Positions 58,083 through 64,000 of a stretch of DNA of 64,000 nucleotides are shown here, one piece after another. Source of the DNA: an uncultured Sphaerobacteraceae bacterium (GTDB taxonomy: Bacteria; Chloroflexota; Chloroflexia; Thermomicrobiales; UBA6265). Location of the stretch: contig CAYJPA010000011.1 of assembly GCA_964371945.1 (NCBI GenBank), positions 12,391-76,390 of the forward strand, read 5' to 3'. Every line of letters starts with the position of its first letter. Position 1 is the first letter of the stretch. The notes under the pieces are model-generated. The model was not told where the DNA came from and did no database searches. It was given only the letters and a program-made list of their open reading frames with translations. The position numbers were made by a program, and so were the translations under genes.

Positions 58083-60284
58083 TTAGTCGGCCGCTTGGGC
58101 CGGCGCGGGAAGCTCAACCCGAAACTCGGGGAGCCAGTGCAAGGAGGTCGGCAGATACCAGTTCCAGTTACCAAGCAGTCGCATGCTGGCTGGGACCAGA
58201 ATGGTGCGGACGATCGTAGCGTCCAGGAACACGGCGACTGCCAGTCCGAAACCGAACTGTTGCATCGCCACCAACTCACCCATGGCGAAACCGCCGAAGA
58301 CCGCGACCATGATCAGGGCGGCGCCGGTGATCAGGCGACCCGTTGAGCGAAGGCCATACTCCACGGCCTCGGCGTTGTTTCCCGTTTCCATGAACCGCTC
58401 CCGGATCCGGCTCAGGAGGAAGACGTGGTAGTCCATGGAGAGCCCGAAGAGGACCACGAACAGGAAGAGCGGAAGCCCGGTCTGGATCACGTCCACCTGC
58501 TGGAAGCCTAAGAGGCCGGTTCCGACCCCCTTCTGAAAGACCAGAACCAGCAATCCGTAGGTCGCTCCCACGGAGAGGAGATTCATGAGAATCGCTTTGA
58601 TCGCGATCACGATTGAGCGGAACGACACCGTCAGGAGGATGAAGCTGAGACCGAGGACGAAGCTGAAGACGATCGGAGTGTAGGTTTCCGTCACCTCGGC
58701 TTGGTCCACGAGCTCGGCCGTTCTGCCGCCGACCCAGGCCGTGGCCGGTACGTCGTTGAACGCGGTCCGAACGTAGTTGGCTCGCAAGCGCTCGATCGCG
58801 TTCATCGCCGGTTTGCCCACTGGATCGCCGGCGATCCAGGCGCGAATGATGATGAGATCGTTTTCCGGATGCACATCCGTCGATGTGGTCACGAACGCGG
58901 GGTCGGAGGCGATGGATGCCTGGACCGACGCGACGGCGGCCATGACCGACTCGTCATCCGTTGGGCCGTCGATGACGATTTCGGCCGGCAGATCCTGCCC
59001 GTACCCAAACTCCTGTTCGAGCACGAGGAACGCTTCCTTGGACATCATGCTGTCGGGAAGCGCGGCCATGCCGACCTCACCCTGGTCGATATCGACGTAT
59101 GAGCTCGCGGCGATGAGGAGCAACGAGGCGGCAACCAGGAAGCTGATCACGGGCCGCCCCATAACGACCCGAGTCGTCCAATTCCAGAAGCCGCTGCGCG
59201 ATTCGCCTGGTTGCGCTGTTCCTCTGCGATTGACGAATGGAATCCGAATCGCGTCGATCTTGTCGCCCAGCAAGCCGAGCATTGCCGGCAGGAGCGTCAT
59301 GGAAGCGATCATCGCGCCGAGGACCACCAGAATCCCACCGACGCCGATTGCCTGGTTCGACGAATCGGGTGTCATCAACAGGCCGACGAGCGTTAGCACT
59401 ACAGTCATACCGCTGATCAGCACCGTGCGACCCGCGGTGGCGCCGGCGATTTCGATCGCGGCGAATTTCGATTTCCCCTTCGCCCGCTCCTCACGGTAGC
59501 GGGAGACGATGAAGAGCGAGTAGTCGATCCCGACGGCCAGACCCATCATCGTGATCATGTTGGTCACGAAGAAGGGGAGATCGATCGCCTGTCCAACTAA
59601 TGCCGTTGCGCCCAATGCGACGGCGATCGCGACGATCGCAAGCAAGATGGGGAGAATCGCGGCGGCAACCGCGCCGAGCACCAGCGCAAGAATCACGAGC
59701 GCGGCGGAAATCCCGATCCCTTCGCCGGTTACCAGGTCCTTCTCGGCGATCTCCGAGATTTCCACGTCGAGGGTCGCTGCGCCCGTGACCAGAAGCGTGA
59801 AGCTTCCATCGACGCGTGCAGCGTCCACAATTTGATGGATTTGATCGACGTGTTCGCGGCCATCTTCCGGCACCGCGAGCGGAAGGAGTGTGGTCATGCG
59901 GTCCGCGGAAACGAGCGATTCATCGCCCGTCAAGTAGTAATGCGTTCCGCCGGCGATCACCTCCACGCCGAGGGCCGATAGCGTTCCGTAGAGATTCTCG
60001 ACGTAGCTCCGGAAGGCCGGATCGTCGACCGTCAGCGTGCTCGAGCGGACAATGACGACTTCGCTCAACGTATCGGAGCCGTCAAGTCGCTCGAGGAGCA
60101 GGTTTTCGGCTTGCGCCGACTCCGGGTTGTTCGTCAGGCTCGTTTCGACACTCAACGCTCCACCGAGCATCGTGACGGTGACCGCAATGGACGCGACAAG
60201 GATCGTCAGCCAGATGCCGACGGTTCGCCATGGGTGTTGGGCACTGGATCGTGCGAGTCCGGCAGTTGATATCTTCAGTTTCAA
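58083..60284 (-). CDS. MMPL-family (RND superfamily) membrane transporter
   Basis: Two 6-TM bundles with the repeated GIDYSLF/SMDYHVFLLSR motif. TTG 60284 chosen as start (AAGGAG 7 nt upstream). The track ATG at 60344 is an alternative. Confidence 0.85.
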   Translation of the reverse strand: MKLKISTAGLARSSAQHPWRTVGIWLTILVASIAVTVTMLGGALSVETSLTNNPESAQAENLLLERLDGSDTLSEVVIVRSSTLTVDDPAFRSYVENLYGTLSALGVEVIAGGTHYYLTGDESLVSADRMTTLLPLAVPEDGREHVDQIHQIVDAARVDGSFTLLVTGAATLDVEISEIAEKDLVTGEGIGISAALVILALVLGAVAAAILPILLAIVAIAVALGATALVGQAIDLPFFVTNMITMMGLAVGIDYSLFIVSRYREERAKGKSKFAAIEIAGATAGRTVLISGMTVVLTLVGLLMTPDSSNQAIGVGGILVVLGAMIASMTLLPAMLGLLGDKIDAIRIPFVNRRGTAQPGESRSGFWNWTTRVVMGRPVISFLVAASLLLIAASSYVDIDQGEVGMAALPDSMMSKEAFLVLEQEFGYGQDLPAEIVIDGPTDDESVMAAVASVQASIASDPAFVTTSTDVHPENDLIIIRAWIAGDPVGKPAMNAIERLRANYVRTAFNDVPATAWVGGRTAELVDQAEVTETYTPIVFSFVLGLSFILLTVSFRSIVIAIKAILMNLLSVGATYGLLVLVFQKGVGTGLLGFQQVDVIQTGLPLFLFVVLFGLSMDYHVFLLSRIRERFMETGNNAEAVEYGLRSTGRLITGAALIMVAVFGGFAMGELVAMQQFGFGLAVAVFLDATIVRTILVPASMRLLGNWNWYLPTSLHWLPEFRVELPAPAQAAD

Positions 60285-60347
60285 GGTACATCTCCTTTTA
60301 ATTCGTTCGATCGCGAGGGTTCGTTGCGCCGATTGCCGTTCCAACGT

Positions 60348-60629
60348 TCACGATCTCGACGGTTGCCCTTCCCGTTCAGGCGCATCGCTCGGTACGGGAG
60401 CGTCTCCCTGCGCAAGGCCATCCAGATCGATGTCTCGATTGACAGAGATCAGCGTCAAACCGAGATCGCGGATTCGTTCGATCGCGCCGTGGAGCCCGGC
60501 CTGGTCGCCGACCGGTCCAACGAGCAAGGTTGTGCCGTTCGGCTGGCGTTGGACGGCGAGGCCTCCAAACCAATCCGACCAGCGGTCGTCGAGGTGCCCT
60601 TGCACACAAACTCGATAGGTGTCGTCCAT
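60348..60629 (-). CDS. small conserved hypothetical protein commonly found upstream of MMPL genes
   Basis: YRVCVQGHLDDRWSDWFGGL...DQAGLHGAIERIRDLGLTLISV pattern. ATG 60629 is preceded by GGAGGAG. Confidence 0.6.
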   Translation of the reverse strand: MDDTYRVCVQGHLDDRWSDWFGGLAVQRQPNGTTLLVGPVGDQAGLHGAIERIRDLGLTLISVNRDIDLDGLAQGDAPVPSDAPEREGQPSRS

Positions 60630-60783
60630 TGCTCTCCTCCGCATCTCGCTCGGGCCATCGTCCTGGGATCACTCTAGGGACGGGGATTGCGAGAGAGATC
60701 AGCCAAACGGTGCAGATGGGGATGCAAACAGGGGGTGTAGTTCTTGAACGGGCGGCGGATGGCACGCCTTTGGGAATTACTCG

Positions 60784-60839
60784 CTTGGAGCTTCGAGCTT
60801 CAAGCTCCAAGCTCCAAGCTGCAAGCTGCAAGCTCCAAG
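60784..60839. repeat. tandem array of eight CTNCAAG heptamers
   Basis: cttggag cttcgag cttcaag ctccaag ctccaag ctgcaag ctgcaag ctccaag. The ends GCTTGGAGCT/AGCTCCAAGC are mutually complementary. Confidence 0.7.
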
Positions 60840-60840
60840 C

Positions 60841-61008
60841 GACGGGATGGTGAGGGGCAAGGCGGGTCGGATGCCACACAAACGCACAATTAATCACAGT
60901 TTTGAGCTGCTAGCCGTTAGCCGCTTGGAGTTTGACGATGACGGGGTGAGGGGTGGTGAACGGTGCCCGCCGATGTCACACAAACGCACAATTAATCACA
61001 GTATTGAG
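60841..61008. repeat. tandem duplication (period 102 nt) carrying a conserved 37-nt AT-rich motif
   Basis: 60870..60906 gatgccacacaaacgcacaattaatcacagttttgag versus 60972..61008 gatgtcacacaaacgcacaattaatcacagtattgag (35/37 identical). Each copy is preceded by GACGGG..GGTGAGGGG. Confidence 0.65.
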
Positions 61009-61302
61009 AAAATCGCGGTTGATTCGTGTGCTCGTAGATGTCATATCCTGCCATTATCATTTCTTAGGATAATTAAATGGCATCAGATCGCGCAGCCTCT
61101 CATATGTTGAAAACGCCCGGCATTGATGCATTGTGCGTCCTTGATCGAACGATCAGCTGACGTGCAACTCCCGGCACTAAAGTGACCGGGCTGCGCCACG
61201 ACCTGAGTGCACCCAGCCCTTATAGGGCTGAGTGCGTGGGCGTCGTTCCAAGCGACCGCCACCCGATACTCCGGTCAAGAATGCAGGCTTTATGACCCCG
61301 GG

Positions 61303-64000
61303 TTACCGCAGGTTCAGGGTGGAAAAGCGGGCGATGGCCTCGCCGCGGTGGAGGACGCCCATCTTGGCGTAGGCGTTCGCGATGTGACGTTTGACCGTGG
61401 CCACACTGATGAAGAGGGCGTCGGCGATCTCCTGGTTTCTCTTCCCAGCCACGATGAGCCGCACGATTTCGAGCTCACGCTCCGTCAGCGGTTCGATGAG
61501 GTTTCCTGGCTCCGACCGTACGTCATCGGCTTGCGGTTCGCTCTGCGCACCAAGCATGAGGTCCGCCAGATACGCCGGCGAGCCGGATGCCTTAGGACCC
61601 TGCCCACCGCGGACGGACGTGGCGAGCGCGGCCAGCAACTTCGCCAATACCGGACCCTCGTTCGTGAATGTTCGCCTGAATCGACCGGGTTCTCCCAGCA
61701 TCGTCGCCCGTCCGAGCAACTCCAACGCGAACGCGTGTTCACCCAGGAGCTCAGTTGCCAGGGCGAGGAGCGCGAGCGCTTGAATCTCGAGCCGGTCACG
61801 ACCGCCGTCGCGCGAGATGCGGAGCACCGCTCCGAGCACTCGCGCGGCGCCTGTTTGGTCAGCACAGGCGATGAGATAGAGCCCGTATGAAAGCATCTCT
61901 TCCGCGTTTCCGTCAGTAATCTTTAGTTCCGGAGAAAGGCCACGCTCTTGAACGACGGTGGCGGCGGTCTCGAGGTCGCCCAACGCGCAGGCGATCTTGA
62001 GCTCGATCGAGGAGACGAACGACGCAAATCGTTGTTTTCGGGAACCACTGGCAAACGCTCGCGCCCATTGCAGATGCTCCATCGCCCGGACGCGATCGCC
62101 TGCCGCCAGAGAGGTCTGTGCCGCGGTCGATCTCACCTGGAGGAGGGGGCTTCTCAGCGGGGCCAGATGGCTAAGATCGAGCGCCAGGGAAATCTGGTTT
62201 GTCGCTCCCGCCAGATCCCCTTGCTCCAGCAAGACCTCCGCCAATAGACCGCGCGCCCGGCACAACTCCCCGGTGGAGGTGATCGATGCTTGCGATCCTG
62301 ACTCGATTGCCTTTTCGTATGAGCGGCGACCGTCTTCCAGCTTGCCCTTCTCTACATGGAGCTCGCCGAGGCAGGTGAGCACACAGACTACAGCGGATGG
62401 ATCCCCGGACATGCGCGCCTCGTCCAACCCTTGTTCGTAATACGCGCGCGCCGATTCCCAGTTGCTCTTGGCCGTCTCGGTGCCGGCGAGAATCTGATAG
62501 ATGATGACGCGAGTTTCGTGCTTGCGGGGTGGAAGCAGTTCCAACGCTTGCCGGGCGCACAATGCCATTTCGTCGGGTCCGAGATTCCGGCCCGATATCA
62601 ACTTCTGAGCAAGCAGCTCACCTTTCAGCGCGCTCAGCCCTTCGAATCCGACGATGGTTCCATCGGTATCGCGGGACGGATCGAACTCCCCATTTGCCTC
62701 GATCTTGTTGATCGCTTCTTCCGCCCATGCCGCGAGCCTCCGGCCGGTTTCCAGGTTGGGCTCCGTCACCATCGCGGCCGAGGCGTGAATGAGCGCCAAC
62801 CGCGGTCTTTGTCGCACCATCTCAGGGGGCAGTGCTTCGCACCAGCGGGCAATCGACGCGAATTGGCCAACGCGAATGAGCTCGTCCGCGTTAGCGGCCA
62901 GGAGCCGGGCGACCATGTCGTGTTCATGCGCGGCGCCTGCATGCTCAATTGCTTCAGCGAGCATGCCGTTCGCCTCAAACCAGACCGCCGCGCGACGATG
63001 GAGAATCGAGGAACTTCCGGGCTGCTCATCCGAGAAACGCACGCGAAGAACGTCCGCGAAAAGGTGGTGATAGCGATACCAATGGCGCTTGTCATCCAGG
63101 GGAACTATGAAGAGATTGGTTCGATCTAGGGCTTCGAGCAAGCTTCTGCAATCGTCCCGGCCGGTGACGGCATTGCACAACGGCCCGCTCAGCCGGTCCA
63201 GGAGGGAGGTTTCCAGTAGGAAGTTCCGGAGATGTTCTGGCTGTCGATGCAACACTTCTTCAACCAGGTAGTCGACGATATAGCGGTCGTCGCCGGCAAA
63301 CGCGTTGATGAACTCGGAAACGTCCGCGCGCCCTTGCATCGAAAGCGCGGCGAGCTGGAGGCCCGCGATCCAGCCTTCGGTCCGCGATTCGAGGGCCGAC
63401 ACGTCTCGTTCCGAGAGCAGTAGCCCCATCACCTCGCTGAAGAACGTTGTCGCCTCGCGTACGGTGAAGCGCAGGTCGGCAGCTCTGATCTCGGTCGATT
63501 CTCCGCGTCCTCGCAGGCGGGCGAGGGGAAACGGCGGATCGGACCGGCTGGCGACGATCAGGTGCATCCTGGGCGGCAGGTAATCGAGTAGATGGGCGAC
63601 GGCGCCATGGATCTGTGGGGCATCGATCACGTGGAAGTCGTCTAGGACGAGCGTAATCTCTTCTTCAGTTGCACTGATTTCATTGATCAGTGCCGTCAAT
63701 ACCGACTCAATCGGTTGTGTCTCGCGAGCGTGAAGTAATACGGACGCGCGCTCGCCCAGCCCCGGTCGAACACCCTTCAGGGCCAGGATGACGTAGGACC
63801 AGAAGAGGGTGGGGTCGTTGTCGCGCGAATCGAGCGAAACCCATCCCACGGACTGCGATCGATCCGCGGTCGTCGCGAGCCATTCCGCCAACAGCGTGGT
63901 TTTGCCGAACCCGGCGGGCGCGGAGACGAGCGTCAGTTTGCGCTTGGTCCCCTGATTCAGACGCTCAATCAGTCTCGGACGAGAGACCAGACCGTGACGC
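61303..64000 (-). CDS. MalT-like LuxR-family regulator (AAA ATPase + TPR + LuxR HTH), 5-prime end outside the window
   Basis: The frame stays open to the window edge. Walker A APAGFGKTTL is encoded at about 63900..63930. C-terminal LTERELEIVRLIVAGKRNQEIADALFISVATVKRHIANAY. Confidence 0.85.
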   Translation of the reverse strand, partial: RHGLVSRPRLIERLNQGTKRKLTLVSAPAGFGKTTLLAEWLATTADRSQSVGWVSLDSRDNDPTLFWSYVILALKGVRPGLGERASVLLHARETQPIESVLTALINEISATEEEITLVLDDFHVIDAPQIHGAVAHLLDYLPPRMHLIVASRSDPPFPLARLRGRGESTEIRAADLRFTVREATTFFSEVMGLLLSERDVSALESRTEGWIAGLQLAALSMQGRADVSEFINAFAGDDRYIVDYLVEEVLHRQPEHLRNFLLETSLLDRLSGPLCNAVTGRDDCRSLLEALDRTNLFIVPLDDKRHWYRYHHLFADVLRVRFSDEQPGSSSILHRRAAVWFEANGMLAEAIEHAGAAHEHDMVARLLAANADELIRVGQFASIARWCEALPPEMVRQRPRLALIHASAAMVTEPNLETGRRLAAWAEEAINKIEANGEFDPSRDTDGTIVGFEGLSALKGELLAQKLISGRNLGPDEMALCARQALELLPPRKHETRVIIYQILAGTETAKSNWESARAYYEQGLDEARMSGDPSAVVCVLTCLGELHVEKGKLEDGRRSYEKAIESGSQASITSTGELCRARGLLAEVLLEQGDLAGATNQISLALDLSHLAPLRSPLLQVRSTAAQTSLAAGDRVRAMEHLQWARAFASGSRKQRFASFVSSIELKIACALGDLETAATVVQERGLSPELKITDGNAEEMLSYGLYLIACADQTGAARVLGAVLRISRDGGRDRLEIQALALLALATELLGEHAFALELLGRATMLGEPGRFRRTFTNEGPVLAKLLAALATSVRGGQGPKASGSPAYLADLMLGAQSEPQADDVRSEPGNLIEPLTERELEIVRLIVAGKRNQEIADALFISVATVKRHIANAYAKMGVLHRGEAIARFSTLNLR

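Noticed and set aside
60870-61008. Possible CRISPR array (two 37-nt direct repeats)
   Set aside because: Only two copies are present and the flanks are also duplicated, so it is a tandem duplication rather than repeat-spacer structure. There are no cas genes in the window and no dyad symmetry typical of CRISPR repeats.
60847-61110. 87-aa ORF with an internally repeated peptide HKRTINHS(F/I)E
   Set aside because: The peptide repeat is just the translation of the 102-nt-period DNA duplication. There is no ribosome-binding site, the tail is AT-rich, and it lies in a promoter region.
61209-61235. Strong hairpin downstream of the MalT-like gene as an intrinsic terminator
   Set aside because: No U-tract follows it on either strand. 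It is kept only as part of the repeat-rich region finding.

Overview
High-G+C bacterial chromosomal window with dense coding and many ATGA-type start/stop overlaps. The taxon cannot be fixed from this window; the gene content looks Chloroflexota/Actinomycetota-like. All family names below come from motifs I read in the translations. No searches were run.

Layout, left to right:
- 0.1-6.5 kb: small YkoF-like protein, SAM methyltransferase, ZIP transporter, LonC-type Lon-like protease, nicotinamidase.
- 6.5-13 kb, minus strand: operon acsA / alpha-toroid protein / 2-oxoacid dehydrogenase E1alpha, E1beta, E2 / stand-alone ACP.
- 13.2-14.5 kb: Hsp20 and a BON-domain stress protein.
- 14.8-20.9 kb: complete group-3b-like [NiFe]-hydrogenase cluster (beta, an embedded cNMP-domain protein, gamma, small and large subunits, endopeptidase, HypC, DUF6390-like).
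- 20.9-28.3 kb: sugar ABC permease remnant, ppsA, MacB-type ABC pair, HAF-repeat secreted protein.
- 28.8-29.4 kb: AhpD/CMD-like gene interrupted by an in-frame TGA at its redox Cys position, followed by a SECIS-like hairpin. This is a candidate selenoprotein.
- 29.7-37.8 kb: membrane and stress proteins (YqaA-like, PRC-barrel, HdeD), a LuxR/AAA/TPR regulator, RtcB.
- About 37.9-43.5 kb: low-G+C island. It holds an orphan antitoxin with a VapC remnant, BrnT/BrnA, and a tightly coupled six-gene operon (Gp49/HigB-like toxin, XRE, DUF3467, small basic protein, SPPY DNA methyltransferase, BglII-like endonuclease). An anomalous tRNA-like gene and a defective IS1-family element follow.
- 43.5-52.9 kb: LacI-regulated peptide-type ABC transporter and sugar-modifying enzymes.
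- 52.9-54.2 kb: gene-decay zone (IS630 fragment, truncated ROK gene, histidine-kinase remnant).
- 54.4-64.0 kb: LLM oxidoreductase, S11 carboxypeptidase, MMPL transporter operon, and a MalT-like LuxR regulator that runs off the right edge.

Non-coding structure includes CTNCAAG heptamer arrays at two loci, a 102-nt-period tandem duplication upstream of the MMPL operon, and paired REP-like hairpins in the ABC operon.
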